Positions 29,643-40,603 of a DNA stretch of 64,000 nt are shown here, one piece after another (the first letter of the stretch is position 1; every line of letters begins with the position of its first letter). Under the pieces are notes generated by a model. The model was not told where the DNA came from. It saw nothing but the letters and a program-made list of their open reading frames with translations, and searched no databases. Both the position numbers and the translations under genes were made by a program. The stretch comes from an uncultured Prevotella sp. (lineage in GTDB: Bacteria; Bacteroidota; Bacteroidia; Bacteroidales; Bacteroidaceae). Where the stretch lies: contig ONBG01000003.1 of NCBI GenBank assembly GCA_900316015.1, forward strand, positions 54,473 through 118,472, read 5' to 3'.

Positions 29643-31538
29643 TTAGAACTTTTGCTCGTACTGATATACAGTCTCGATATAATTGATAAAGGCTTGGTTG
29701 CACAGTTTGGTCCCACCGGGCGTAGGATATTTCCCGGTGAAATACCAATCGCCCTTATGGTCAGGGACTGCCTCATGCAAGCCTTCTATCGACTGATAAA
29801 CAAGATCGATCGGCGTTTCCATCCCTTCCGGGCGCAGCATCTCCACGATCTTATGGTTGATTTCCTCGACCGTGAAGGGCTTGTAGATATTGCGAACCTG
29901 ATTTTGCATGGCTGCCTTGGGCTTGTCCATCTCAGCTTTGCATTGGCGGTATGTATCTTCCAGCAACTGATACATGCCCCTTTCTTTCAGCAGTTCAATC
30001 GTTGCCCTGAACACGCAGAACTCTTCCAACCGGGGCATGTCTATCCCATAGTAGTCCGGGTACCGGATCTGTGGGGCGCTGCTGACGATGACGATCTTCT
30101 TCGGATGCAACCGGTCCAAGATGCGCAGGATGCTCTCTTTCAAGGTGGTTCCCCTCACGATACTGTCATCGATGATGACGAGATTGTCTACATAGGGATG
30201 CAGGCTCTCATATGTGATGTCATAGACGTGAGAAGCCAAGTCATTGCGCTTGTTCCCTTCAGTGATGAAGGTACGAAGCTTAATGTCTTTCCAAGCCACT
30301 TTCTCAGAGCGGACATATTCATGCACGATGTCAGACAGTTCCTGGCGTGTTGGCTTATGGTCGAATGCCAGGATCTTGTCTACCTTTTTCTCATTCACAT
30401 ACTTCTTGAACCCATGCAGCATCCCGTAGAAAGCCACCTCCGCTGTGTTGGGAATAAAGGAGAAGACGGTGTGTTCCGTGTCATTGTCGATTGCTTTCAG
30501 GATAGGCTGGGTGAGCTGTTCGCCCAACCGCTTCCGCTCCTTATAGATATCGCGGTCGGAACCCCGGCTGAAATAGATCCGCTCGAAGGAGCAAGCCGAG
30601 TCACCCCGCTGCTGGAAGATCTGCTCAAGGGAGCATTCCCCGTTCTTCTTGACCAAGAGAGCCTGACCCGGTTGCAGCTCCTGAATGTCCTCGCATTCCA
30701 AGTCGAAGGTCGTCTGGAGCACCGGACGCTCACTTGCCAGGACCACGATCTCGTCGTTCTTATAATAGAAGGCTGGACGGATGCCCCATGGATCCCTCAT
30801 GGAGAACATCTCCCCACTGCCCGTGATCCCACAGACGACATACCCACCGTCGAAGTCAGCCATGCTGGTTTTCAGCACATTGCTCATCAGCACATGGTCT
30901 TCAATATAACGGGTGATATCCCTGTCAGCCAACCCACGATGCTGAGCCTCCACGAAGTTGCGTTCCACTTCCCGGTCAAGGCGATGCCCCATCCGCTCCA
31001 GCATGATATAGCTATCACTATAGATGCGGGGATACTGCCCTTGCTGGGTCAGCTTTTGGAAGATCTCATCGATATTGGTCATGTTGAAGTTGCCGCAGAT
31101 ACACAGGTTCTTGGCTCTCCAGTTGTTTCTTCTGAGGAAAGGATGCACATATTGGATACCCTTCTTCCCCGTAGTGGAATAGCGCAGGTGCCCCATGTAC
31201 AGTTCGCCCACGAAAGGCAGGTTCTTCTCGACGAAGCCGACATCAGCGAGCTGCTCCGGCGTGTAATCCTTGAAATGCTTATGGACAGAATAGAAGATCT
31301 CGGTTATGGCATTGGATCCTTCCGCGCGTTCCCTGAACATGTACTCATGGCCCGGGTCGCTATTCAATTTCAGACATGCCAAGCCGGCTCCTTCTTGCCC
31401 ACGGTTGTGCTGTTTCTCCATCATCAGATAGAGCTTATTCAAGCCGTACATCCAAGTGCCATACTTCTGCTTATAATATTCCAGAGGCTTAAGCAACCGA
31501 ATGAGTGCCACACCGCATTCATGCTTTAATGGTTCCAT
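29643..31538 (-). CDS. purF: Amidophosphoribosyltransferase (class II glutamine amidotransferase + PRTase)
   Basis: KHECG N-terminal nucleophile, QHNRGQEGAG, GHLRYSTTG, RDPWGIRP, FERIYFSRGSD, IDDSIVRGTT. Confidence 0.93.
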   Translation of the reverse strand: MEPLKHECGVALIRLLKPLEYYKQKYGTWMYGLNKLYLMMEKQHNRGQEGAGLACLKLNSDPGHEYMFRERAEGSNAITEIFYSVHKHFKDYTPEQLADVGFVEKNLPFVGELYMGHLRYSTTGKKGIQYVHPFLRRNNWRAKNLCICGNFNMTNIDEIFQKLTQQGQYPRIYSDSYIMLERMGHRLDREVERNFVEAQHRGLADRDITRYIEDHVLMSNVLKTSMADFDGGYVVCGITGSGEMFSMRDPWGIRPAFYYKNDEIVVLASERPVLQTTFDLECEDIQELQPGQALLVKKNGECSLEQIFQQRGDSACSFERIYFSRGSDRDIYKERKRLGEQLTQPILKAIDNDTEHTVFSFIPNTAEVAFYGMLHGFKKYVNEKKVDKILAFDHKPTRQELSDIVHEYVRSEKVAWKDIKLRTFITEGNKRNDLASHVYDITYESLHPYVDNLVIIDDSIVRGTTLKESILRILDRLHPKKIVIVSSAPQIRYPDYYGIDMPRLEEFCVFRATIELLKERGMYQLLEDTYRQCKAEMDKPKAAMQNQVRNIYKPFTVEEINHKIVEMLRPEGMETPIDLVYQSIEGLHEAVPDHKGDWYFTGKYPTPGGTKLCNQAFINYIETVYQYEQKF

Positions 31539-31669
31539 ATTGCAATGATTTTATTTTGTACGTATATGAGTAAACAAAAAAGATGAGAGAAGGATCACAC
31601 CAGCCCAGCCGATTGCCTCTATCTCTCATCTTCTCATCTTTCATTCTATTGTCTAAATCTTTGTTTGTC

Positions 31670-32467
31670 TTACCTTAAAATATTCACCACTAAGGAGGCG
31701 ACCGAAGTAACGATTCCGATAGCGGACATCCAAAGGGTTGTCGACTGGCCAATCTGTGAATTCTTGGCTTTCACCTTATTCGGCTCCACATAAACGATAT
31801 CGTTCTGCTGCAAGTAATAATAGGGAGAGCTGATGATGTTCGCGTCGTTGAGGTTCAGGCGATGGAAGCTCTTCTCCCCTTGCGCGTCTTCCCGGATCAA
31901 CAGTACATTGTCGCGCTTGCCATAGATTGTCAAGTCACCTGCCTGTGCCAGTGCCTCGATGATGCTCATCTTCTCTGTCGTGACAGGAACCACCTTCGGG
32001 CTGTTGACCTCACCGGTTACCGTCACGCGATAGCTTGCCATCCGCACGGTCACGATGGGGTTCTCTGTCTTGGCGAGATAAGGGCGAACCTTCTCCGTGA
32101 TCAAGTCCTCGCATTGGTTCTTCGTCATTCCCTGCACATGGAGTTTCCCGACGACAGGAAAATTAATATTTCCCTGATTGTCAACCAAATAAGTTTGCAT
32201 GGTACCACTACCACTTGATGCACTTCCATCAGTGCCCATGGTGTTGGACACGGAAAGGTTAAAGGGAGCGGAAGCCGCGGGATTGGTCGTGTTTACCGTG
32301 ATGCTCAAGATGTCTTTCGGCATAATCTTGGCATCATACAAGCCTTTGGAGGCGGACATGTCTACGTAATCTGCATTCTGGAAATAGGCAATCTGCTTGC
32401 TTCCTGAGCAACTGCCCATCAGCAGGATTATTGCCAACAAGACAAATGGGAACAATAATTTCTTCAT
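31670..32467 (-). CDS. wza: Polysaccharide export outer-membrane lipoprotein (Wza/Poly_export + SLBB)
   Basis: Lipobox (MGSC), YLVDNQGNINFPVVG, VTGEV, EALAQAGDLT..GKRDNV, YYYLQQNDIVYVEP, C-terminal TM helix. Confidence 0.9.
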   Translation of the reverse strand: MKKLLFPFVLLAIILLMGSCSGSKQIAYFQNADYVDMSASKGLYDAKIMPKDILSITVNTTNPAASAPFNLSVSNTMGTDGSASSGSGTMQTYLVDNQGNINFPVVGKLHVQGMTKNQCEDLITEKVRPYLAKTENPIVTVRMASYRVTVTGEVNSPKVVPVTTEKMSIIEALAQAGDLTIYGKRDNVLLIREDAQGEKSFHRLNLNDANIISSPYYYLQQNDIVYVEPNKVKAKNSQIGQSTTLWMSAIGIVTSVASLVVNILR

Positions 32468-32787
32468 ACTAAGCGACGATATATCGTTAAAATCACTGCA
32501 AAATTACCTCTATTTTTTGAGAACTGCAAATATTTCACGAATTATTTACAGTCTGTCTTTCTCGTCATCGCAGGATCGTTAGCGCGTTGGCTGTCCTGTC
32601 CCTGCCCGGAACCCGGATGTCTTCCGATGGTTAGGGCTGCGCTTCCTCTATGAAATGAGGGGTCCGGACGTACCCTATCCCCGTGAAAGAGCCCTGTCCA
32701 CAACGGTTTCCCGAAACGAAACTATCAACTTGCAAGCTAAAAAGGAAAATAAAAGTCTTTTTATTTTGTTTTCCCATCCCTTTATTG

Positions 32788-32795
32788 TAATTTTG
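32788..32795 (+). promoter_or_regulatory. Bacteroidota -7 promoter box (TAATTTTG) upstream of dapA
   Basis: TAnnTTTG match 28 bp before the ATG. Confidence 0.55.
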
Positions 32796-32822
32796 CAAAG
32801 GAAATTATCATTTTAGTATTTT

Positions 32823-33710
32823 ATGGCGAATAATTTTTTAAAAGGGTTAGGCATTGCGCTCATCACGCCTTTTACCAGTGATGGGCAAGTGGACTATCCT
32901 GCATTGAAGAAGTTAATTGAGTATCAGATATCCAATGGTGCTGACTTTTATTGCATCCTTGCCACGACGGCAGAGACCCCTTGCCTGACCAAGGAGGAGA
33001 AGCAGCGCATCAAGGAGTTAGTCGTAGAGATCAATGGCGGTCGCCTTCCGATCCTCATGGGGATCGGTGGGAACAATACGGCTGCGGTGGTGGACGAGAT
33101 CCAGCATACAGACCTTTCGGGCATCGATGCCATCCTCAGTGTTTGCCCTTATTATAACAAGCCTTCCCAGGAAGGGTTGTACCAGCATTTCAAGACCATC
33201 GCAGCGAACAGCCCACGACCCATCGTCCTGTACAATGTCCCCGGTCGCACGGGCGTGAACCTCAAGGCGGAGACCACCGTGCGGATCGCGAACGATTGTC
33301 CCAACGTCATGGCCATCAAGGAAGCGAGCGGCAACTTAGAGCAAATCGACGAGATCATCAAGAACAAGCCCGACCGCTTCGATGTCATCAGCGGGGATGA
33401 TGCCCTGACCTTCTCCATGGTAGCCAGTGGGGCTGCCGGAGTGATTAGCGTGATTGGCAACGCACTGCCCAAGGAATTCTCTCGCATGATTCGCCTGGAG
33501 TTCAATGGAGAATATGAGCCAGCAAGGAAGATCCACCATAAGTTCACCGAGCTCTACAGCTTGCTTTTCGTCGACGGAAACCCTGCTGGCGTGAAAGCAT
33601 TGCTCAGCGAGATGGGCATGATCGAGAACCAGCTGCGCCTCCCACTCGTCCCTACTCGCATCACCACCAAGCAAAAGATGGCGGATATCCTCAAATCGCT
33701 TCGGATCTAA
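32823..33710 (+). CDS. dapA: 4-hydroxy-tetrahydrodipicolinate synthase
   Basis: ALITPF, LATTAETP, PYYNKPSQEG, LYNVPGRT, IKEASG, SGDD, NPAGVK. Confidence 0.97.
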   Translation: MANNFLKGLGIALITPFTSDGQVDYPALKKLIEYQISNGADFYCILATTAETPCLTKEEKQRIKELVVEINGGRLPILMGIGGNNTAAVVDEIQHTDLSGIDAILSVCPYYNKPSQEGLYQHFKTIAANSPRPIVLYNVPGRTGVNLKAETTVRIANDCPNVMAIKEASGNLEQIDEIIKNKPDRFDVISGDDALTFSMVASGAAGVISVIGNALPKEFSRMIRLEFNGEYEPARKIHHKFTELYSLLFVDGNPAGVKALLSEMGMIENQLRLPLVPTRITTKQKMADILKSLRI

Positions 33711-33738
33711 TCCCACGTTGGACTTCACCACGACAGAC

Positions 33739-34635
33739 ATGGACGAACGGAACCGAGACAGGAGGATCATCCACGAGATCACTCCCTTGATGGGGAAAGA
33801 CGTGCTCTACATTGCCGACCGGCGGAAGAAGGAGTTCACCTATCCCATCCACAACCATGAGGTTTACGAGCTCAACTTTGTGGAGCACGCTCCTGGCGTG
33901 CGCCGCATCGTCGGCGATTCACAAGAAGTGATCGGGGAATATGACTTGGTCCTGATCACCAGCCCTGACCTGGAACACGTATGGGAACAATATGAGTGCA
34001 AGAGCGACCATATCCGTGAAGTCACGGTCCAGTTTGATTTCAAGATAGAGGATGATAATTTCTTCAGCCGCAATCCCTTCGAGTCGATCCGCAAAATGAT
34101 GTTGGAGGCAAGAAAGGGACTGGCTTTCCCGATGACTGCTATCATGAACGTGTATCACATGATCGACACGCTCAGCAAGATTGAGGATGGGTTCTATGCC
34201 GTCCAGCAGTTCCTCTCTATCCTGTATGAATTGTCGAAGGTACCCGGCTACCGCACCTTAGCCACCAGCAGCTACGCCAAGGTTGCCATTGCCGACGATA
34301 GCCGGCGCGTGCTGAAGGTCAAGCAGTTCATCAATGATAACTACATGGACGAGATTCGGCTGGCGCAATTGGCTGACATCGCAGGGATGAGCCCCAGTGC
34401 TTTCAGCCGGTTCTTCAAGATGCACACAGGGCGCAACCTGAGCGATTACATCATTGACATCCGCTTGGGCTTCGCTGCACGCATGCTCGTGGACACGAAC
34501 ATGAGCATCAGCGAGATCAGCTTCGACTGTGGTTTCAACAATCTCAGCAACTTCAACCGCATCTTCAAGCGGAAGAAAGGATGCTCGCCCAGTGAGTTCC
34601 GCGAGAACTACCACAAGACGAGGATCATCGTTTAA
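33739..34635 (+). CDS. AraC family transcriptional regulator (cupin + HTH)
   Basis: PIHNHEVYELN cupin; C-terminal AraC HTH ending ISFDCGFNNLSNFNRIFKRKKGCSP. Confidence 0.93.
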   Translation: MDERNRDRRIIHEITPLMGKDVLYIADRRKKEFTYPIHNHEVYELNFVEHAPGVRRIVGDSQEVIGEYDLVLITSPDLEHVWEQYECKSDHIREVTVQFDFKIEDDNFFSRNPFESIRKMMLEARKGLAFPMTAIMNVYHMIDTLSKIEDGFYAVQQFLSILYELSKVPGYRTLATSSYAKVAIADDSRRVLKVKQFINDNYMDEIRLAQLADIAGMSPSAFSRFFKMHTGRNLSDYIIDIRLGFAARMLVDTNMSISEISFDCGFNNLSNFNRIFKRKKGCSPSEFRENYHKTRIIV

Positions 34636-34672
34636 GGCTTCCATCCTTTGGGAAGCCTTCCCCTGCAGCCTG

Positions 34673-35590
34673 CTAATGGCTGCCGATATACAAGAATACC
34701 ATTCCCAACAAGACCAGGGCAAGGTCCACGACCTTGCTCTTCAAGTTCTTCTCATGGAAGACGGCTGCCCCGAACAGGAAGCTAACGATAACGCTTCCCC
34801 GGCGAATCATGGAGACGATGGAGATCATGGCTCCCGGCAGGCTCAGTGCATAGAAGTAGACGAAGTCTGCGGCACTGAGGAAGATGGAGATCCCAATGAT
34901 GCACCAGTCCCAATGGAAGGCTGTCGTGTGCTTTCGCATCGGCCACCACAACAGGACAAGCATCACGCCCATCATCCCGCATTGGTAAAGATTGTACCAA
35001 CTCTGAACCATCATCCGGTCGAGACCTACCCCACCGTCCTCAGGACTTGCCATCAGGTATTTGTCATAGAGTCCGCTGACTGCCCCCAACAAGGCTGCCA
35101 GGACAATACAGCCGATCCACTTATTATGCTCAAAGTCAATGCCTTCCTTCTTCCCGCTCTTGGAAAGCATGAAGAAGGAAACCACGGCAAGTGCCACGCC
35201 GATCCATTGGTAGACATTCAACCGTTCCCCAAACACCAACAGGGCACCCACAAGCACCATCACAGGACGGGTGGCATTGATCGGGCCGACAATGGTCAGG
35301 GGCAAGTGCTTCATCCCAAAATAGCCAAATACCCAGGATGAGAGCACGATGCAACTCTTGAGCAAGATGTACCGATGGACTTCCCATCCTCCTGAGGCTG
35401 CATGGAAAACGGTACCGTCCAGCAGGTTCGTGCACGATGACAGGATGATAAACGGCAAGAAGATCAAGGAAGAGAACAACGTGTTCAGGAACAGCACGGG
35501 GATCACGGCGTTCCCTGCCAATGCTTTCTTCTTGAACGAGTCATAGAATCCCAGCAACGCAGCTGAGAGAAAAGCCAATACTAACCACAT
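34673..35590 (-). CDS. EamA/DMT superfamily transporter
   Basis: About 10 TM helices in two repeats; ends FHEK..LALVLLG. Confidence 0.88.
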   Translation of the reverse strand: MWLVLAFLSAALLGFYDSFKKKALAGNAVIPVLFLNTLFSSLIFLPFIILSSCTNLLDGTVFHAASGGWEVHRYILLKSCIVLSSWVFGYFGMKHLPLTIVGPINATRPVMVLVGALLVFGERLNVYQWIGVALAVVSFFMLSKSGKKEGIDFEHNKWIGCIVLAALLGAVSGLYDKYLMASPEDGGVGLDRMMVQSWYNLYQCGMMGVMLVLLWWPMRKHTTAFHWDWCIIGISIFLSAADFVYFYALSLPGAMISIVSMIRRGSVIVSFLFGAAVFHEKNLKSKVVDLALVLLGMVFLYIGSH

Positions 35591-35592
35591 AT

Positions 35593-36324
35593 CTAATATT
35601 CTATCCTTTCCAGGAACAGGGCATGCCCCGGCATGCTTTCCCCAGCATCGGTGCGCCGCTTTCCTGCTACAATCTTATCAAATTCTTCCAAGGTGATCCT
35701 GCCCCGCCCCACGTCAAACAGGGTTCCCACGATCGCCCTGACCATGTTCCTGAGGAAACGGTTGGCTGTGATCGAGAAATACCAAGTGGTTGGGGATGTC
35801 TGGACCCATCGCGCCTCTGTCACCTGACAAAGGGTTGTCTTCACGTCGGCATGGCTCTTGCAGAATGTGCCGAAGTCGCCGGCTCCAATCAGATGGGAAG
35901 CTGCCTCATTCATCCGGTCGAAGTCCAAAGGATAATGGGTCTCCAAGGAATAATGCCTGAGGAATGGATCGCGGTGGGTATGGATGTAATAATGGTAATT
36001 GCGACTGACGGCTGAGAAGCGGGCATGCAGGTCGGGGGCTACCTCCTTCACCTCATTGACGGCAATGTCTTGGGGCAATATCCTGTTCATCCGGTAGGTC
36101 AGTTGCTTCCCGTCGATCTCCCCCTCATAGTCGAAATGGGCGACCATCATCCGGGCATGGACACCTGTGTCTGTCCTTCCCGCTCCGGTCACGCGGATGC
36201 TCGCTTGGAACAACAAGGAGAGTGCACGCTCTATCTCTGCTTGCACGGAGGGAGCATTGGGCTGGACTTGCCATCCGTGATAATGCGTCCCATCATAGCT
36301 GAAATCAATGAAGAACCTTCTCAT
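35593..36324 (-). CDS. truA: tRNA pseudouridine(38-40) synthase TruA
   Basis: YDGTHYHGWQVQP, GAGRTDTGVHA, HARFSA, FLRNMVRAIVG. Start set at ATG 36324. Confidence 0.97.
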   Translation of the reverse strand: MRRFFIDFSYDGTHYHGWQVQPNAPSVQAEIERALSLLFQASIRVTGAGRTDTGVHARMMVAHFDYEGEIDGKQLTYRMNRILPQDIAVNEVKEVAPDLHARFSAVSRNYHYYIHTHRDPFLRHYSLETHYPLDFDRMNEAASHLIGAGDFGTFCKSHADVKTTLCQVTEARWVQTSPTTWYFSITANRFLRNMVRAIVGTLFDVGRGRITLEEFDKIVAGKRRTDAGESMPGHALFLERIEY

Positions 36325-36366
36325 TCTTGGTGCAAAGGTACAGGAAATAGTTAAGATAGACAATAA

Positions 36367-37581
36367 TCACCTGAGGAATTTTGATGTTTCAAGCCTCGAT
36401 TCATCTGCAACGCTGGCCTTCCTGTGAATCCACACAGCCGTGGATAGCAGGAAAACATAGAGGAGAATGAGCTGGGGCAAGGTGAGGTGGATCCCCTCGA
36501 TGCTGGCATGGGGGAGCCCTGCCACGCCCGACACCGTCGCGTTCATCCAGTCGCTCACGCCCTGGAGGGCTTTTGCCACCCATAGCTGGAGCATTGGGCA
36601 GGGTGCCGTCAGGAAGAGCAGCAAGGACAAGTAGATGATCAGTGTCGCCACAGGGACGATGACCATGTTCGCCAACAAGAAATAGCATGAGAAACGGTGG
36701 AAGTAATACATCACGATGGGGATCATCCCTACCTGGGCAGCAACGGTCACGGATACCATGCCCCACAGCCATTGGAGAAGGGGATGGCAAGGATGGAGCA
36801 GCTGATGCAAGGGCTGATAGAAGAGCAGGATGGAAAGGACGGCGAGGAAGGACATCTGGAACCCGGCATCCCTGAGACTCAATGGATCGACCGTCAGCAT
36901 GACCAGTGCCGCAAAGGACAAGGTGTTGATGGACAGGGATTTCCTATGCCCCAAGGAAGCCAAGGAACAGACCGATACCATCGTGGCTGCCCGCACGATG
37001 GAAGGTGCCATCCCCACGATCAGGACATACGACCAGATGGTACTGAGCAAGACGAGCTGCGTGACCAACGGGTATCTGCGATGAGGGAACACGAGCAGCA
37101 GGATGCCGTACAAGATGGACAAGTGCAACCCCGACAGGGCGAGCACATGGGCGGCAGAGCTGACGGAATAGTCTTGCCTCACTTCTCTTGAAAGCTGCGA
37201 CTTGTCGCCTAAAGTCATGGCAGAGACTACCGCTAACGGATCGCCTTGCAATCCCAACCGCTGGTATTCCCCCAACATCCGGTCGCGCCATTCCTGAGCG
37301 GTCCGGTAAAGGGCATCGTCCTGTGACCTTGGGGCTGGTGGCAATGAAGTCCTTAAGCCACCAAACAAAAAGACGGCGATAAGGAGAAGGAAGGACGAAA
37401 GCAATGGCTTTCTCTTGATGACCATCAACACGACAAGGACTGCGCCTTCCAAGCACAGCCAGAGGGGAAAGGAAAGGGAAATGACAGGACTCAGGATAAT
37501 CCCAAGAACCCATGCCAAAGCGATCGGGAGTAAAGGAGCTGAGTCCATCCAATTTGTTCTGAACATATAGTGGCAATACAT
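36367..37581 (-). CDS. comEC: ComEC/Rec2 family competence membrane protein (intact copy)
   Basis: AMTLGDK, AHVLALSGLH, PSIVRA, GFQMSFLAV and QVGMIP motifs of the Competence domain. Confidence 0.9.
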   Translation of the reverse strand: MYCHYMFRTNWMDSAPLLPIALAWVLGIILSPVISLSFPLWLCLEGAVLVVLMVIKRKPLLSSFLLLIAVFLFGGLRTSLPPAPRSQDDALYRTAQEWRDRMLGEYQRLGLQGDPLAVVSAMTLGDKSQLSREVRQDYSVSSAAHVLALSGLHLSILYGILLLVFPHRRYPLVTQLVLLSTIWSYVLIVGMAPSIVRAATMVSVCSLASLGHRKSLSINTLSFAALVMLTVDPLSLRDAGFQMSFLAVLSILLFYQPLHQLLHPCHPLLQWLWGMVSVTVAAQVGMIPIVMYYFHRFSCYFLLANMVIVPVATLIIYLSLLLFLTAPCPMLQLWVAKALQGVSDWMNATVSGVAGLPHASIEGIHLTLPQLILLYVFLLSTAVWIHRKASVADESRLETSKFLR

Positions 37582-37699
37582 CCGTTAATCGTCGCTGCAA
37601 ACATAATCAAAAAATTCGAGCAAGACAAATGTTCACCCAATTATCTCCGTATTCTATGGAAGAAACAAAATAGATCTTTCCCTCAATTGGTAATTCCAT

Positions 37700-38077
37700 C
37701 CGAAAAGAAGCCCTATACCTATACCGATGCCGACGTGGACTGGACTGATAACGACTCGCGTGAAAATCAGGAGATGAAAGCTCACCCCGACAGCTGTCCA
37801 GCCATCAAGAACAAGGTGGACAACCTCGCACAGTATGATATTGTGTTCCTCGGATTTCCCATTTGGTGGTATATCGAGCCCAATATCATCAACACGTTCC
37901 TGGAGACCCAGGACTTACGTGGCAAGCGCATCGTGCCTTTCTTTAAGCGGGTCGGGCGAGACCGACAAGCATCTGCACGCCTCCATCAATTACGAGGTCG
38001 ATTGGCGACCGGCTGTGCGCGCTAACTCCCTGAACGATCAGCAACTGAAACAATGGACTGAAGAAGCCGTGAAATAA
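37700..38077 (+). pseudogene. Flavodoxin (long-chain, Flavodoxin_4-like) remnant, 5'-truncated and frameshifted
   Basis: YTDADVDW..SR.N.EM, YDIVFLGFPIWW..P.IINTFLE..DL.GK.IVPF; continuation SGSG..W..AVK is in another frame. Confidence 0.75.
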
Positions 38078-38101
38078 CTCATTTTTATTCTGTTAGACAT
38101 T

Positions 38102-38280
38102 ATGCAATCATTTAATTATAACAACCCCATCCATGTACACTTCAGCGACGGTGTACTTTAATAGGAACTCCCATCGGAGCTCAGTCGCTATGGCAAGCGA
38201 GTAATGCTCGCCTATGGTCATGGCAGCATCAAGAAGAGGGACTCTACGACCGCATTATGGCGATGCTCCAGGATTCCACT
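38102..38280 (+). pseudogene. Iron-containing alcohol dehydrogenase (YqhD/BdhA-like) N-terminal remnant
   Basis: Manual translation MQSFNYNNPIHVHFSDGVL**ELPSELSRYGKRVMLAYGHGSIKK..(frameshift)LYDRIM; has stops and is truncated. Confidence 0.7.
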
Positions 38281-38374
38281 AACTAGAGCTTCACTTCATT
38301 GATTTTCTTGTGATATTCGTTGAGTATCGGTTTCATCTATTCTTCCATTTTGCAAATATAACGATCAGTATATT

Positions 38375-38580
38375 AAAAGTGAAGCTATCGTACAAAATTC
38401 TCTCGAGAATTTGAATCAATCGTGGTTCTTTTGCACAGCAAGAGCATAAGTAGTGCAATCAATTCTCGAGAGAATTTAGCGAAACATGTGCTTTTCCTGT
38501 CAACCTTGTGTCAACCTTTGACAACCTAAAAACAGGTTGTGAGCCCTATAAACACTGGGGTTTGACAACCTGTCAACCTT
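38375..38580. repeat. ~200-bp dispersed palindrome-rich intergenic element, copy 2 (inverted)
   Basis: Reverse complement aligns with 10145-10345. Confidence 0.85.
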
Positions 38581-38679
38581 TTCATAAAAAAAATACTGTG
38601 AGCTATAAAATTGTTCAGGAAAAGAAATCTACATGGAAGGCCTTGGGACAGTGCAAAGCAGTAGCCGTGCGATTCAATA

Positions 38680-39170
38680 ATATGGAAAAGAGGTCACATC
38701 AAAATCGGATTATACTACTCCTTTTTTTCTCGTTTGTACTTTCTCTCGTTTTGTACTATCTTTGCAAAAAAACGAACGCCAAAGACCGTCAGTATCAATA
38801 CGGCTACCGATCGCGAGAAAATCAAAAGCAACTACGCAGACTATCTGCTGTTGTGGGACAAGGACTACCCCCGGGAGCAAGACCCAATTGCTCTACATAC
38901 CTATACCCTAAAAGGCTAGAATACCCAGGTGTGGATGTATGTGGAGGCAGAAGGTGACAACATTCTTGTGCTGTCCAAGAGCAGTGGTTGGACAACACCT
39001 ACCCTAACCTGAAAAATGACGATAAAGGCTTTGCTGCCAAAATGGGACTTGGACCGGAGAGGATGTCGGTAGGTGGCTACCTATGGGACTTTCAGATCGA
39101 TACGCTCCATGTGGCTGGACACTGGTGCGGTACGACTACCGATTCCTTCAGATGGGTGTAATAGGAATGA
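38680..39170 (+). pseudogene. Degenerate ORF of an unidentified, probably exported protein
   Basis: Protein-like segments (..KSNYADYLLLWDKDYP..TYTLKG*NTQVWMYVEAEG..) spread over frames and broken by stops; family not recognised. Confidence 0.3.
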
Positions 39171-39243
39171 AGGATCTCTCGCGCTATATGCGGAAGCCCA
39201 CAAACATGTTCCGAAACCTATAAACGTTGCATTGTTACGCTTA

Positions 39244-40588
39244 TCATGTCTCGTTGACCTTGATCAAGGCGTTGGCAATCATTGCGATTATCCCGCCAGT
39301 CGAGATCCTCGATGAGAAAAGGGAATGGATGAGCTGCGGCATTTTGTCAAGAACGCCAGGGACAAGTTCCACACTCATGCCCATGGCAAAACTGATGGCC
39401 ATTACCAGCACCGCCTTTCGGTTGATGTCCGTGGCTGCTATGATCCGGATGCCCGATGCCGCCACGGTTCCGAACATCAGAAGTGTAGCACCACCGAGTT
39501 CGCAGTCGGGGATGAGGGAGAAGAACTGACCCACAACAGGAAAGAGACCTAGGAGAAATAATGTTCCAGCGATGAAATAACCCACATAGCGGCTCGCCAC
39601 TCCCGTGAGCTATAATACCGTTATTCTGTGCGAAGATAGAGTTCGGAAAGCTATTGAATACAGCCGCCAGCATGGAGTTGAAGCCATCAGCGAGTATTCC
39701 ACCCTGCGCCCGCTTCATGAATATGGGTCCCTCGACAGGCTATCCGGAGATGAGAGAGTTGGCTGTGATGTCGCCGAAAGCCTCCACTGCCGTGACCAGA
39801 TAGATGATGCCAAGAGCGATGATACTGCCCACGTCGAAATGCAGACCGTACTTGAAGGGAACCGGTATGTTGACTGTCCCGGCATCATGCAGCTGATTGA
39901 AGTCGATCATGCCCATTGCCCAGGCTACAACACAGCCGACGATCAGTCCGATGACGATAGAGCCCATCCTAAGGTATTGGTTCTGCGATCGGTTGAAGAA
40001 GATGATAGTTACCAAGATCAATACTGCCAAGGCAAGGTATCTTAGCGAGCCAAAAGAGCCATCGTCGATAGCTGCCTGCCCTCCCCCACAGCTGTTGATG
40101 CCGACCTTGATCAGGCACAGTCCAATGAGCGTCACGACAATGCCCGACACAAGTGGAGTGATGATTTTACGTGCATAGGGCAGCAAACGGCTCACGGCCA
40201 TCTCAACGACGGATGCCACCATTGTCGCGCCGAAGATGTAGCTCAGCGCGGTAGGCGCATCAATGCGTCCATTGACCATGCCGAGCATCCCAGCTCCAAT
40301 AATCGGAGTGATGAAGGAGAATGACGTGCCCTGAATGCAGAAAAGTCCGGCTCCCAATGGCCCTATGCGATGACATTGTATAAACGTAGCGACGCCAGAG
40401 ACGAACAGTGACATGGAGACAAGGAAAACCGTGGTCTGAAGATCAAACTTCAAGGCAGAGCTGATGATGAGCGGAGGCGTGATGATAGCGACAAAGATGG
40501 CAAGCAGATGCTGCAGAGCAGCAAAGAGCGTCCCACGGAGAAGCGGACGGTCATTCAGCCCGTAAATCAAGTCCGATTGCTGTTGCAT
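39244..40588 (-). pseudogene. Xanthine/uracil permease (NCS2, PbuX-like) pseudogene
   Basis: ALQHLLAIFV..TPP, QGTSF.F, NSFPNS.FAQNNG, GGATL.MFG motifs; in-frame TAG at 39740-39742 and a frameshift near 39610. Confidence 0.9.
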
Positions 40589-40603
40589 GGGCTCATTCCT
40601 CCC

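Noticed and set aside
29631-31529. 632-aa plus-strand ORF
   Set aside because: It is the near-exact antisense shadow of purF, with no recognisable motifs.
32540-32787. Lysine riboswitch upstream of dapA
   Set aside because: Conserved riboswitch motifs were not seen, and the dapA -7 box lies downstream of this stretch.
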